Source: a virus. From it: a DNA stretch of 40,906 nucleotides. Position 1 is the first letter of the stretch; every line of letters begins with the position of its first letter. Positions 25,101 through 34,028 of the stretch are shown one piece after another. The stretch is from positions 1 to 40,906 of the IMG/VR virus record IMGVR_UViG_3300045988_118152; one strand, written 5' to 3'. The translations under genes were made by a program, and so were the position numbers. The notes beneath the pieces were generated by a model. It was not told where the DNA came from. It worked only from the letters and a program-made list of their open reading frames with translations, and did no database searches.

Positions 25101-26023
25101 GCATGAACGCGGCAGCCAAGGGGAGCAGTGGGGCGCACATCCCCGGCGGGGACACGGGCGCGAAGTTCGCGGCCTTCGCCGACGGCGGTATCTGGGACAA
25201 GATCAAGGGCACCGTCGGGGCTGGGCTCCAGACGGCAAGTAAGTGGGTCTCGAGCGCAGCGGACGCGGTCTCCTCGATCGTCTCCGACCCGATGGGTGCG
25301 GTAGAGAACCTGCTGCGCATCCCGATGAAGACAGCCTTGGCTGGTCTGCCGGGGGCTGGGCTCTTCAAGGACGTGGCGGGCGCCCTGCCTGGGAAGTGGG
25401 TTGACGGCTTCGGGGAGTGGCTGAAGGGCCACGCGTCCTCGATGCCCGTGACCGGGTCCGCTACCGACATCGTGAACGCCGCGCGCATGGCGATTGGCGC
25501 GACCTACGTGTGGGGTGGATCGTCGATCCCGCCCGGCGTCGACTGCTCGGGCCTGGTCTACTGGGCGGCCCACCAGATGGGGAGCAAGATCCCCCGCCTG
25601 ACGGCCGCCGGCTACCAGGCTGGTTCCACGCCCGGCGGGTCACTGAATACTCCCGGAACCCTGCTGTTCTGGGGGTATCCCGCCCACCACATCGCCATCG
25701 CATCCGGTAATGGGCGGATGGTTGAGTCCCCGACTTTCGGGATCCCTGTGCGGGAAACCTCGATCTACGGGTCCCCGTCGACCGGCCTCTACAAGTTCGA
25801 CAGTGGTGGCCTGCTTCAGCCTGGCCTGACGACGGTCCTCAACGCAACTGGTCGGCCCGAGCCGGTTTTCACGGGCGGCCAGTGGTCGAAGATCGACGAC
25901 CTCCTGGGCAAGGGCGGCAACACGCCGAGCGTGCTGGAGGTGCGCGACGTCGACGGCGAACTGGTCGGCCGGATGCGCGTCGAGGCTGAGCGGGTCGCCG
26001 TCGAGGTCTCACGCAACGACTGA
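22127..26023 (+). CDS. Tape measure protein with C-terminal NlpC/P60 peptidase domain, 1298 aa
   Basis: Largest ORF, positioned after the chaperones. TM-like Trp-rich repeats are present. C-terminal ...YVWGGSSIPPGVDCSGLVYWAAHQ...HHIAIASGNGRMVESP (Cys-His peptidase). Confidence 0.9.
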   Translation: MAGSKPTGHTIGTAWIQVALSTKAISQQLKEALGDVDTRPAERSIVSGLGGAFRKVGKIAAGALAVAGTVGLAAGFSDIAKQAIDASDATNKFKNTLGFAGKSAADVDRLTKSTKEYADKTVYGLSDIQSITAQLASNNVQGYDKLAEAAGNLNAVAGGNAETFKSVGMVLTQTAGQGKLTTENWNQLADAIPGASGKLQQALLEAGAYTGNFREAMEKGEITAEEFNAAVMDLGMTDVAKEAATSTQTIEGAWGNLEAALVSGAMGIVDQIKPALTDFMGNVATGAEAAFGWINNNLIPGLKGVWDILSKGQFDGSSKVFGLEEDSGIVDFLFKIGESARAAGAWITGTLAPAIQSIGTLLFTGKYDGNLFGLSADSGLVAFLFSVRDAAIDAGTWINDTLIPSVQGLAEIIFTGETDKPLFGLDPNSPITGFLEGLRAAVVKVGEALLSVTAWGVEHKGMLSTLAVTVGTVVVAFTALNAVTKTMAAIQAAGSIVAWVTGLQSMKVAVDAAKAAQAAFNVVMNANPIFLIVTAIAALVAGLVWFFTQTEMGKQAWASITAAFQSFLDWIAPYWNATLSALSTAWNAVWSAVSGFFTSYVVPAITASVGVLGSIWSGLVWIVSGVWYGIQAAVQAVVGWFTGFVVPVLEAVWTAIKVGVWLMSIPFVVVWTLIQVAVQAVVDWFMAYVAPTLSTVWSWVMAGAQYLWIGIQAVWAGIQAAVLVVVDWFNAYVAPVISAVWSAIQAGAQYLWAGIVIVWNGIKAAVQLVADFFTAYVLPVISAVWTGIQVGAQYLWTGITAIWNGIKSSVLTVVSWFQTYVQPVISAVWNGIKAGADLLWNGLSAVWNGIKSTINTVVSWFQGTVKPIFDTVTTNIKRAFENMKSGIQTVWDGVKSVAAKPINFVINTVYMNGIKKTADAIAEKLGLSLRLPSVSGIPGYASGGVLPGYSPGKDIYHFYSPDGGGALALSGGEAIMRPEWVKAVGGPAAVHRMNAAAKGSSGAHIPGGDTGAKFAAFADGGIWDKIKGTVGAGLQTASKWVSSAADAVSSIVSDPMGAVENLLRIPMKTALAGLPGAGLFKDVAGALPGKWVDGFGEWLKGHASSMPVTGSATDIVNAARMAIGATYVWGGSSIPPGVDCSGLVYWAAHQMGSKIPRLTAAGYQAGSTPGGSLNTPGTLLFWGYPAHHIAIASGNGRMVESPTFGIPVRETSIYGSPSTGLYKFDSGGLLQPGLTTVLNATGRPEPVFTGGQWSKIDDLLGKGGNTPSVLEVRDVDGELVGRMRVEAERVAVEVSRND
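23906..24829 (+). repeat. Seven in-frame 132-bp (44-aa) tandem repeats within the tape measure gene
   Basis: The unit anchor (GTGGACTGGTTC and variants) recurs at 23906, 24038, 24170, 24302, 24434, 24566 and 24698. Protein unit: VDWFxAYVxPVISAVWxxIQxGAQYLWxGIxxVWNGIKxxV. Confidence 0.8.
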
Positions 26024-26034
26024 GAGGAGCCAGG

Positions 26035-26733
26035 ATGGCATTCAAGGGGTGGATCGGTTCGACGTCGGGCCTGCCGTCTCTGCTGGTGGACGGGCCGGTC
26101 ACGGTGACTGCTGGTGACCGCGTGCTAGCTCGCCTAGGGGAGGGCCAGCACCTCATCGCGGATGGCCTGGCCGCGCCCGGCGTCGAGACCACCTACAGGG
26201 CGGGGGGCGACAGCGTGTCGCTCACCCGCCCCGTCGGGGACTGGTACGGCGTCTACGTGGCCGGCCGGGACGGGCGCAGCGCACCCGGCCTCATCTACGT
26301 CAGCAATGAGGATCCCGTGGAGTGGTCCTCGAAAGCAAGTCGCGTCGGCGGGGTCACCCGGTGGGCGCTCCGGGATGAGCCCGAGACGGGGAGCGGTGTC
26401 ATCGCCTGCCACCCCGACGCCGAGGCATACGTCTGGTGGGTGCTCCAAGGCCATCACCCGATCATGCTCATCCCGGCCGCCCCGACGGCGGGGGTGCCGC
26501 CGAGGATGGTCATCGTCACCGGCGTCTCCCGGAAGCGCCTCATCGATGATCTGATCGAGCTGACGGTGAAGTGGACGGCGCACGAGCCCCGCACCGGGGA
26601 CTCCCCGATGGGGGCTGTCCCGGTGACCACGTGGGGTGAGTGGCAGGACTACGGTGAGGCGCACCCGGACACTCCGGGCTGGCAGGCGTGGTCGGCTATC
26701 GAGGTCGCCCGTCGCGTGCAGGGGATGCCATGA
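26035..26733 (+). CDS. Minor tail protein (distal tail protein by position), 232 aa
   Basis: First gene after the tape measure. Confidence 0.45.
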   Translation: MAFKGWIGSTSGLPSLLVDGPVTVTAGDRVLARLGEGQHLIADGLAAPGVETTYRAGGDSVSLTRPVGDWYGVYVAGRDGRSAPGLIYVSNEDPVEWSSKASRVGGVTRWALRDEPETGSGVIACHPDAEAYVWWVLQGHHPIMLIPAAPTAGVPPRMVIVTGVSRKRLIDDLIELTVKWTAHEPRTGDSPMGAVPVTTWGEWQDYGEAHPDTPGWQAWSAIEVARRVQGMP

Positions 26734-27791
26734 GGCCGGGGCCGTCTACTGAGGCGCTGGCCGGGCCTGTCGCCGTCGGCGCGCGGATCGACGTCCACCT
26801 GGGGTGGACCGTGGTCGCCCTGGACGTCCCATGCGAGGACGTGCAGATCGACTGGGCGTCCGACAGGGTGGTCCCCGGCAAACTGTCCTTCACCTGCCCG
26901 TCAGGGTGGGTGCCAGAATCGCCAGCCGCCCCGCTCGCGAACTACGGGCAGCGGTCGCACGTCGTCGCCATCCTGGAGACGCCGGCCGGCCGGGATGAGG
27001 TTGACCTGGGGTGGTGGCAGCACCAGTCCTGGGAGGAGGACGCCTCCGGGAAGGTGAAGGTGGAGTGCCTGGACCTGATGCAGTTGCTCGAACAGGACCC
27101 GATGGCGTGGCCGTCCTCGCCGCCTCGTGGGGCGACCGTCCTGTCTGAGGCGCAGCGGCTCGCCGGGACGCTCCCGGTGGTCCTGGACCCGGGGACCCCG
27201 AACCCGCTGGTGCCCGCGTCCACGCAGTGGGGGCACAGTCGGACTGAGGCCATCCGGGACCTGTGCCACCCGAGGGGGATCAACTGGGCGGTCAAGGCTG
27301 ACGGGTGCCTGCACCTGTGGGCGCAGACGACAGCCCGTGCCCAGGTGGCCCGGTACACGGGCCGTGACCTGCTCGTCGAGGCGCCCCGCAAGAGCGTGGA
27401 GCGCCGCCCGAACCGGTGGGTCGTCGTCGGCAGCCCACAGCAGTCGGACGACAAGAAACCCGCCGTGAAGTGGACCGGGACCGCCACGGCGGCCTCCTGG
27501 CCCTACGAGCCCAGCGTGTACGGCTGGGTGACTGAGCGCAAGGAATTCAACGCCGCCGCCAGCCGTGCCGCCGTCCACAAGGCGGCTTTGACGAACATGG
27601 AGACGGCCCTGTCGGCGGTGGCGAAGCGCTCCGTGGAGATCGCCCCTGACCCGCGCCTGGAGGCCGGTGACGTGATCGCCGTCCATACCGACGCCGGTGA
27701 GGTCATCGTCGGCAAGGTGACCGCCTACAGCCTGCCGGTGGACAAGCCCAGCGGGCAGATGAGAGTCGACGTTGAGGAGCTCGCATGGTGA
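26730..27791 (+). CDS. Minor tail protein (tail tip/hub by position), 353 aa
   Basis: ATGA overlap with the upstream gene. In frame with track ORF 26688..27791. Confidence 0.45.
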   Translation: MRPGPSTEALAGPVAVGARIDVHLGWTVVALDVPCEDVQIDWASDRVVPGKLSFTCPSGWVPESPAAPLANYGQRSHVVAILETPAGRDEVDLGWWQHQSWEEDASGKVKVECLDLMQLLEQDPMAWPSSPPRGATVLSEAQRLAGTLPVVLDPGTPNPLVPASTQWGHSRTEAIRDLCHPRGINWAVKADGCLHLWAQTTARAQVARYTGRDLLVEAPRKSVERRPNRWVVVGSPQQSDDKKPAVKWTGTATAASWPYEPSVYGWVTERKEFNAAASRAAVHKAALTNMETALSAVAKRSVEIAPDPRLEAGDVIAVHTDAGEVIVGKVTAYSLPVDKPSGQMRVDVEELAW

Positions 27792-29830
27792 AGCCGAACT
27801 TGTGGATCGACCGCAAGCCCAGCCCGCGCACCGCCGTCGCGTCGCAGCAGGCGTCCTACGGCAGCGGCTCACAGGCGGGCACGTGGGCCACTGGCCGCGT
27901 CCTCGACATTGAGGACGGCGGCATGGTCCGCGTGGAACTCCCGGCTGATGACCCGGTGAGTGAGGTTGTGGCCCCGGCCGACGGCGGCGTGACCGCCATC
28001 GGCGCTGAGTGCGTCTGTCTCCAGGACGGCACCGGCCGCGTCTACCAGGTGGTCTCACCGGCCGCGCTCCCCGAGGGGGGCCAGGTGCGCGCTACGGGTG
28101 CGACGGGCCGGATCGCCCTGGAGGCGGCCGGCACCAAGGCTGAGTTGGACGCCGCCAAGGCTGAGATCGACGCGGCGCAGAAGCGCCTGTCCGAGGAGGT
28201 CAAGGCCGCGAAGGACGCTGCAGCGACGTCGGGGGAGGCGGCCGCGAACGCCCTGAAGCGGGCTATCGGCCGCGTGACGGTCGCCGGAACCGCCCCGGCC
28301 GAGCCGGCAGACGGGGACCTGTGGGTGGTGACCGGCGTGGGCCAGCAGGCCACCGGCGTCAAGGTGTGGTCCGCCGCCGCGAAGGCGTGGCAGGACTACA
28401 TGCTGGTCGCCGGCAAGGTCCTCGTCCCCGGCTCGGTGGGCGCGGTCCAACTGGCTGACGGCGCTGTCACCGCCCCCAAGATCACCGCCTCGGATGAACT
28501 CTGGGCGAAGGTGGGCACCTTCGCGAAGGTCACGACGCAGATGCTCCAGGCCGGATCCGCGAAGATCACGGGCGAGCTCCTGGCTGACACGATTCGCCTG
28601 TCGACGCGGATCGTGGCTGGTGACCCGTCTGGGGACGCGGCGATCATGGATTCCACGGGCTTGCACGTGGTGAAGGCCGTTGGTGGCCAGCCGAGCGAGG
28701 TCGTCACCCTCGGCACGGCCGGGCAGGACTTCCTGTCCATCACCGGCACCGACGGGCTCGCCAAGGCGACGATCACCGGCGATGGGCTCATGTCCGCACA
28801 GTCTCTCGCTGTAGCCGACCGAATCACCTGGCGCGGCACCGACCTGGCCGACACCCTGGCCGCCCTACCCAGGGGCGTGATCGCCTGGGGCGACTGCTGG
28901 TCGTGGGGTGCGAACGCCAAGCATTCCGTGCGCACGGTGGACTCTATGTACGAGATCGTCGTGGACTTGGAGGCTGGCCGGCTCTACCAGTCGGCCACGA
29001 TGCTGACGTGGTACGCCCAGAAGGCGAACGCGATGCTGGAGGCCCGGCTCCAGGTGGCTCCAGCGGGGAACGGGGCGAAGGACAACTTCGAGTTCCGGGT
29101 GCGCCTGGCGTCGGAGAACCGGAACCAGTTGCAGACCAGCCACGCGGTCTTCCAGCCGTTCACGGTGGAGGCGTCGGGCACGTATCGATTGCTTTTCCTG
29201 GCCGCGTCAACCTACGGATCCGACGGCGTGATGCTGACGAAGGAGGATGCCTCCCTCCCGACCCCCTGGGCACTGGTGCAGGACCTCGGCCTGGCACCGG
29301 AGAAGACCGTCCAGCCGAATCACACGGTGTCGCTGGGCGCCCCCGCCCCGCAGGCACAGCCCACACCGAGGAAGAATTACCACAAGAATTACAAGTCGAA
29401 TTGGTGGCGTGCGTATTCGAATGGCACCCCGGATTCGGCGTGGCCGAATTCTTTGCCTCAGGGCACATATGGTGGCCGCACCTACAATTCTATTGTCGGT
29501 TTCCCGGATATGACCGCGGATCTGCGTGGCGCGACAATCACCGCAATGGCCCTGTACGTGTACGCCCAGCACTGGTATGGGCAGACCGGTGTCGCCAGTA
29601 TTGGTGCGCACGGGTGGGGGTCCGCGCCGGGGCAGTTCGCGTCGAATGGCCGCTGGCTCGAAACCGGGGGTTGGGGGCGCGGCGAGGGCCGATGGGTGCC
29701 CATCCCGAAGACCCTGTGGCCGAATTTCCAGCGCGGCGTGTACCGGGGAATCACATTCGAGACGCAGGGATCCGCGTCATACGGCTACTGGTCCCATGAC
29801 TGCGTGATCGCGGTCGACTACACCAAGTGA
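27785..29830 (+). CDS. Minor tail protein / tail fibre (receptor-binding candidate), 681 aa
   Basis: Coiled-coil segment (AELDAAKAEIDAAQKRLSEEVKAAKDAAA) followed by a large Trp/Gly-rich C-terminal domain. Confidence 0.5.
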   Translation: MVKPNLWIDRKPSPRTAVASQQASYGSGSQAGTWATGRVLDIEDGGMVRVELPADDPVSEVVAPADGGVTAIGAECVCLQDGTGRVYQVVSPAALPEGGQVRATGATGRIALEAAGTKAELDAAKAEIDAAQKRLSEEVKAAKDAAATSGEAAANALKRAIGRVTVAGTAPAEPADGDLWVVTGVGQQATGVKVWSAAAKAWQDYMLVAGKVLVPGSVGAVQLADGAVTAPKITASDELWAKVGTFAKVTTQMLQAGSAKITGELLADTIRLSTRIVAGDPSGDAAIMDSTGLHVVKAVGGQPSEVVTLGTAGQDFLSITGTDGLAKATITGDGLMSAQSLAVADRITWRGTDLADTLAALPRGVIAWGDCWSWGANAKHSVRTVDSMYEIVVDLEAGRLYQSATMLTWYAQKANAMLEARLQVAPAGNGAKDNFEFRVRLASENRNQLQTSHAVFQPFTVEASGTYRLLFLAASTYGSDGVMLTKEDASLPTPWALVQDLGLAPEKTVQPNHTVSLGAPAPQAQPTPRKNYHKNYKSNWWRAYSNGTPDSAWPNSLPQGTYGGRTYNSIVGFPDMTADLRGATITAMALYVYAQHWYGQTGVASIGAHGWGSAPGQFASNGRWLETGGWGRGEGRWVPIPKTLWPNFQRGVYRGITFETQGSASYGYWSHDCVIAVDYTK

Positions 29831-29843
29831 AAGGCGAAATGGA

Positions 29844-30494
29844 ATGCCTGAGACCCATTGGAAGGGCGTCACGATCCCGGCGGCCGGGGATGACCTACTG
29901 TCCGCCTGGACGAACGCTTTCGACACGGCGGGGATCGTTTTCCCGGCGCAGTCTGTGGCGGCTGCCCGCGAGACCCTGAGCAGGGCGGAGGCTATCGGCC
30001 ACGCACCGACGGCCGCACACCCCGCCTACCTGGACGTCGGCGGGATCCTGTACCGCTCCGACGGCTCCAAGAACGGGGCCACCTGGATCCTGCGCCCCGT
30101 CAACGAGGTGCAGGCCGTGGAGGCCAGCGTGGTCCTCGCGAATACCCTGAAGCTCGGCAACAACCAGTATTCCGGGGCAGCGCAGGTCGACCTGGGCGTG
30201 CGTCCCTATGACCGGATTGTCCAGGTCTCATTCACGGTGTGGGGGCGCGTGATCGCCGGCGATATTGACGCCACCGTTCTTCTCCTGGACCGCCCCTACA
30301 GGGCTCGCTTCCCCAATGATTCCACTGGCGCGTCCGTGACCGTCACCGGGATTCGCGTGGTCCCGGCCGGCCAGGACCCCAAGATTCGCTGCGGATTCAC
30401 CGGAGCGTACGGAACAGGCGGCACATTCTCCATCACCGGAGACTCCGCCTACTCCACCCTTTTCGCAATCGCCAACCCAAGGAGCATGGCATAA
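29844..30494 (+). CDS. Minor tail protein (putative), 216 aa
   Basis: Track ORF; call based on position. Confidence 0.4.
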   Translation: MPETHWKGVTIPAAGDDLLSAWTNAFDTAGIVFPAQSVAAARETLSRAEAIGHAPTAAHPAYLDVGGILYRSDGSKNGATWILRPVNEVQAVEASVVLANTLKLGNNQYSGAAQVDLGVRPYDRIVQVSFTVWGRVIAGDIDATVLLLDRPYRARFPNDSTGASVTVTGIRVVPAGQDPKIRCGFTGAYGTGGTFSITGDSAYSTLFAIANPRSMA

Positions 30495-30841
30495 TGCCCG
30501 GAGGATACCAAGATACAACCGAGCGCGGCCTACGATTCATGGCCGACGCCGAATTCAACAGCCTGGCCGAACGAGTCTCTGTCGAATTCACCCGCCGCGA
30601 CACCCTGCGTAACTGCAAAGAGGAGGTCGACAAGCGGATCGACGTCTACATGCAGTCCGTCTCCCCCGAGGCGAAGGACATCAAGTCACTCCAGCCGGAC
30701 GCGATGATCGGCCCCGGCGAGCTGCTCTCCGTCACCGGCAAGACCTACAAGAACGTCTCCCGCACCTGGCTCAACCCGTTCAAGGCCGGCCCGGTCAACT
30801 TCGCCCTCGGTTGGGAGCAGCAGCAGGGAGGCGTCCTGTGA
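30494..30841 (+). CDS. Hypothetical protein, 115 aa
   Basis: TAATG overlap with the upstream gene. Confidence 0.45.
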   Translation: MPGGYQDTTERGLRFMADAEFNSLAERVSVEFTRRDTLRNCKEEVDKRIDVYMQSVSPEAKDIKSLQPDAMIGPGELLSVTGKTYKNVSRTWLNPFKAGPVNFALGWEQQQGGVL

Positions 30842-32559
30842 GCGTCGGATCCGTCACCGCGCAGATCGCGCGCCGAATCTGCGACAGCGAGAACGTCGGC
30901 TACTCGCAGCCTGACCGCCGCACCTGGTACGCCAACGCCGACTGGGAGGGGCACGTCAAGTCCCCCCAGAACGCGGACTGCTCCAGCCTCGCCGCCGGCG
31001 CGGTCTGCTACGGGCTCCACGACACCTACGGCGTCCCGTGGGGGCACGCCGCCCTCCTGGAGATCAACGACTACTGGACCGGGAACCTCAGGCAGGGCCT
31101 TGAGGCCCGCGGCTTCGATGAGGTCAACTGGCCGGATGAGAACCTGACGCCGGACGGCGGATTCCAGGTCGGAGATATCGTCCTGTCGGCCGCGAATGAG
31201 GGCGGCGTCGGCCACGTCATCGTGATCGTCGAGAACGGCTACGACCCGCTGGAGTCGGAGGCGTGGATCGCCGAGGATAACTCCATCGACGGCTACCTTG
31301 GCGATCAGACCGGCCAGGAGACCCGCACCGCACGCTACTCCACGCACCCGCACACTCAGGCTGGCCGGTGGACGTCCTGCCATCGTTTCAACGAGGCGAA
31401 GTTCTTCCAGCAGTGGCCGCAGTTCGCGAAGGGCAGGGCGACGGCCTCCTCACCCGCCCCCGCGCGCCCGGCCTCCTCGGCCCCGGCGCACGCTCACGGG
31501 ATCGACATCTCCAGCCACCAGGGCGGGCTCAATATCGCCGCGATCTGGGCGGATTTCGTCATCGTCAAGGTGACGGAGGGTACCGGCTACGAGAACCCGT
31601 TCTGGCGACAGCAGGCGGAGGCGACGCTGGCCGCTGGGAAGCGCCTCGGCCTCTACCACTTCGCCAACGACGAGGACGCGGGCGAGCAGGCCCGGTTCTT
31701 CCTCGACCGAGCCAAGGGCTACGCGGGCCGCGCCACGTTCTGGCTGGACTGGGAGGCTGACGCCCTCAACCTGGCCCCCTCGGATGCCCTCGTGATCCTC
31801 AACCAGATGGCAGCCGAGACCCGCAGCACTCCGGGCATCTACCTGAACGGGGCGGGCCTGGGGAGCGGCAACTGGTCCGCCGTCGCCACCCGGTTCCCGC
31901 TGTGGTACGCCGGCGGTCCCAACTACGCCTCCTACGGGCAGGCCTACAGTGACCCGCCGACGCCGACCGTCCCCTACTGGGGCGGCAACGTCCTGATTCA
32001 CCAGTACACCGAGGACGGGTACTTGCCCGGCTACAACGCTCACCTGGACCTGGATCGCCTGCGCGACCGGGCAGCCTGGGACGCGATGAAGGGTGGCGGC
32101 CAGGTCGCCGCAGCCGCCCCGGCAGCGTCCGCGGCGCAGGTGAGCCCGTACACGGGCAAGATGAACCGGTCTGACGGCCAGGCCGAGCTTGTCTGCAACG
32201 GCAACTTCGGGATGGCCACGATCGGGCGCCTCCAGCAGGTCATGGGAACCACGATCGACGGCATCCTGGACGACGACGGCTCCCCCGCCATCGAGCGGCT
32301 CCAGCGGTTCCTGAACGCTGCTGTCCCAGCAGACACGCAGACCGCCCTGAATGACTCGCCCCGCCTAGACGAAGACGGCGTGCTCGGCCCGGACACGTGG
32401 CGCACACTCCAGTACCTCATCATCGCCTGGCACAAGGAGTACCTGCCTGCGGGGTGGGGCTACGAGGACTGGGTAGACGGCGAGCCGGGGCCGGCCACTA
32501 TCGGCGCTCTCCAGCGCGCACTCAACAACTCTCGCACGAACAGCGGTCGCCTCTGGTGA
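30838..32559 (+). CDS. Endolysin: N-terminal Cys/His peptidase, GH25 muramidase, C-terminal peptidoglycan-binding repeats; 573 aa
   Basis: GTGA overlap at the start. NADCSSL...GVGHVIVIV for the peptidase. HGIDISSHQG...VIVKVTEGTGYENP...GLYHFA...WLDWE for GH25. DGVLGPDTWRTLQ and GPATIGALQRAL for PG_binding-like repeats. Confidence 0.85.
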   Translation: MSVGSVTAQIARRICDSENVGYSQPDRRTWYANADWEGHVKSPQNADCSSLAAGAVCYGLHDTYGVPWGHAALLEINDYWTGNLRQGLEARGFDEVNWPDENLTPDGGFQVGDIVLSAANEGGVGHVIVIVENGYDPLESEAWIAEDNSIDGYLGDQTGQETRTARYSTHPHTQAGRWTSCHRFNEAKFFQQWPQFAKGRATASSPAPARPASSAPAHAHGIDISSHQGGLNIAAIWADFVIVKVTEGTGYENPFWRQQAEATLAAGKRLGLYHFANDEDAGEQARFFLDRAKGYAGRATFWLDWEADALNLAPSDALVILNQMAAETRSTPGIYLNGAGLGSGNWSAVATRFPLWYAGGPNYASYGQAYSDPPTPTVPYWGGNVLIHQYTEDGYLPGYNAHLDLDRLRDRAAWDAMKGGGQVAAAAPAASAAQVSPYTGKMNRSDGQAELVCNGNFGMATIGRLQQVMGTTIDGILDDDGSPAIERLQRFLNAAVPADTQTALNDSPRLDEDGVLGPDTWRTLQYLIIAWHKEYLPAGWGYEDWVDGEPGPATIGALQRALNNSRTNSGRLW

Positions 32560-32581
32560 CCACCTACCGAAAGGAACACAC

Positions 32582-32932
32582 ATGAAGGCACTCATCTCTG
32601 ACCCCTTCGTCACCACCGTCATCCTGGGCACCCTGTGGCCCCTCATCCAGGCGGCCCTGGACCGCCCCTACTGGACGCGCGGGCGTCGCGTCGCCCTCGT
32701 GGTCGCCGCCGCCGTCGTCCTGACCGTGGGGGCTTGGGCGCTGTCCGCCTACCCCATGCAGGCTGACGTCCTGGCCGCCCAGGCCGCGAAGTTCCTCGGG
32801 TTCGCCTGGGCGGGCTATCAGGTCCTCTCCCACGTCAAGATCGGCGGCGTGAGCGTCCTCTCCTGGGCCGGCATCGTCACCCCCGGTGGTGAGACCCGGG
32901 AGGCCTACCAGCCGCGTCACGAGGCCGCCTGA
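32582..32932 (+). CDS. Holin candidate, 116 aa (about 3 TM)
   Basis: GAAAGGAA RBS. Hydrophobic helices. Sits directly after the endolysin. Confidence 0.55.
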   Translation: MKALISDPFVTTVILGTLWPLIQAALDRPYWTRGRRVALVVAAAVVLTVGAWALSAYPMQADVLAAQAAKFLGFAWAGYQVLSHVKIGGVSVLSWAGIVTPGGETREAYQPRHEAA

Positions 32933-33444
32933 TGGGCCTGGGCTGCCGACTGTGGTCGACGCTCCATGAGCCGCGGGCGATCTCAGCGATGATGGCGGCG
33001 ACCTACGTGCTTCTAGCTGTGGCCGTCGCCCTCATCCTGGGCGCCCCGCGTATCCAGCCGTGGGACGTGACCGTGGGCTGCCTGACCACCCTCTCCGGGT
33101 GTGCCATCGGCGCGCCGTCGGCGTGGCGGGGCTGGTGGGGAGTGGAAGGCCCGTCGGCGGCCCTGGTCGCCCTCGGGCTCGCCGTCGTCGCCGTCGAGGA
33201 CGCCGCACGCGCCCTCACGTCCGACCACTGGCCCGCATGGCCGCTGTTCGTCATCCTCGCCCTCCTCCTCATGATCGGTCAGCGGATCGCCCACGTCTGG
33301 GGCCACACCTGGGAGCCCGGCTGTGAGCCGAACACCGCTCTCCGGCAGGCCGAGACCAGCGCGACCACAGCGAAGGTCATAGAAGCCGACGCCGCCGCAA
33401 GGGCCGCCGAGAGGGAGGACAACGGATGCAGAGAATCGAGCTGA
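32932..33444 (+). CDS. Membrane protein, 170 aa (about 4 TM); second holin-like or lysis-accessory protein
   Basis: ATGA-type overlap with the upstream gene. Hydrophobic segments. Confidence 0.45.
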   Translation: MGLGCRLWSTLHEPRAISAMMAATYVLLAVAVALILGAPRIQPWDVTVGCLTTLSGCAIGAPSAWRGWWGVEGPSAALVALGLAVVAVEDAARALTSDHWPAWPLFVILALLLMIGQRIAHVWGHTWEPGCEPNTALRQAETSATTAKVIEADAAARAAEREDNGCRESS

Positions 33445-33689
33445 TCGGCGCGATCATCACCAGCGGCCTCGGATCCATCCTGGTGACCCAGGTCGGGGCC
33501 GCGATCCGGGCCATGTGGCACGCCCGGCAGGGCCGCGAGTCGGACCTACAGGTGGCGCGCAGGGAGGCTGCCCAGTGGGAGTGCGTGGCGCGCAGGACGC
33601 GCGCTATCGCTCTCGACCGGGGTGCGCCCTTGGGGGATCTGCCGCGCGGCCCGGGGGAGACCCCGATCGGGGACCTCGCCGACGACTGA
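33426..33689 (+). CDS. Small protein with N-terminal TM, 87 aa
   Basis: Track ORF; last gene before attP. Confidence 0.45.
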   Translation: MQRIELIGAIITSGLGSILVTQVGAAIRAMWHARQGRESDLQVARREAAQWECVARRTRAIALDRGAPLGDLPRGPGETPIGDLADD

Positions 33690-33807
33690 GATGGCCATTT
33701 TGAATGGCTATGCGCCCCTCTCACCTGACTGGGTGGGAGGGGCGCCTTTCGTCGTCTCTGGGGTCTGTTTGTGGCGTGATTCCGGGGTTTTCTCGGCGTC
33801 TCAGAAA

Positions 33808-33829
33808 GATGGCTAGTTGATGGCTAGTT
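33808..33829 (+). repeat. Arm-type integrase binding sites (left arm): GATGGCTAGTT x2 in tandem
   Basis: Identical 11-mers at 33808-33818 and 33819-33829. Confidence 0.55.
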
Positions 33830-33864
33830 TGGCGTTGGCTGGTCGGTGGTTTGGTGAGTGTTTT

Positions 33865-33937
33865 CGGGGGGTCACCCTTGGGGTGCCACCTGCTTTGGGA
33901 GCAGGGGGCCGCGGGTTCAAATCCCGCCAGCCCGACC
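33865..33937 (+). other. attP core: tRNA-Pro(TGG)-derived 3' fragment
   Basis: Anticodon stem-loop CCTGC-TTTGGGA-GCAGG (33889-33905), T-arm GCGGG-TTCAAAT-CCCGC (33911-33927), and acceptor 3' strand CAGCCCG plus discriminator A (33928-35). The 5' half has only a 3-nt D-loop and 5 of 7 acceptor pairs. Confidence 0.65.
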
Positions 33938-34006
33938 GAAATTCCCCGGAATCAAGCCAAATCATGGGGTACCTGCTTAGTTCCTCATATGCTAGCCTAG
34001 GCCATA

Positions 34007-34028
34007 GATGGCTAGCGAGATGGCTAGC
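34007..34028 (+). repeat. Arm-type integrase binding sites (right arm): GATGGCTAGC x2
   Basis: Copies at 34007-34016 and 34019-34028, with a related GGCTAGTCGATGG at 34042-34054 overlapping the int start codon. Confidence 0.55.

Noticed and set aside
26901-28058. Long antisense ORFs in the structural region (26901-28058, 20556-21491, 17898-18770, 17132-17947, 24641-25573, all minus strand)
   Set aside because: They run opposite well-supported, translationally coupled + strand structural genes. They have Arg/Pro/Gly-rich low-complexity translations and no ribosome-binding sites.
33865-33937. Functional tRNA-Pro gene
   Set aside because: Only the anticodon arm, T-arm and 3' acceptor strand are canonical. 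The D-arm has a 3-nt loop and the acceptor stem has two mismatches. It fits better as the attP copy of a host tRNA 3' end.
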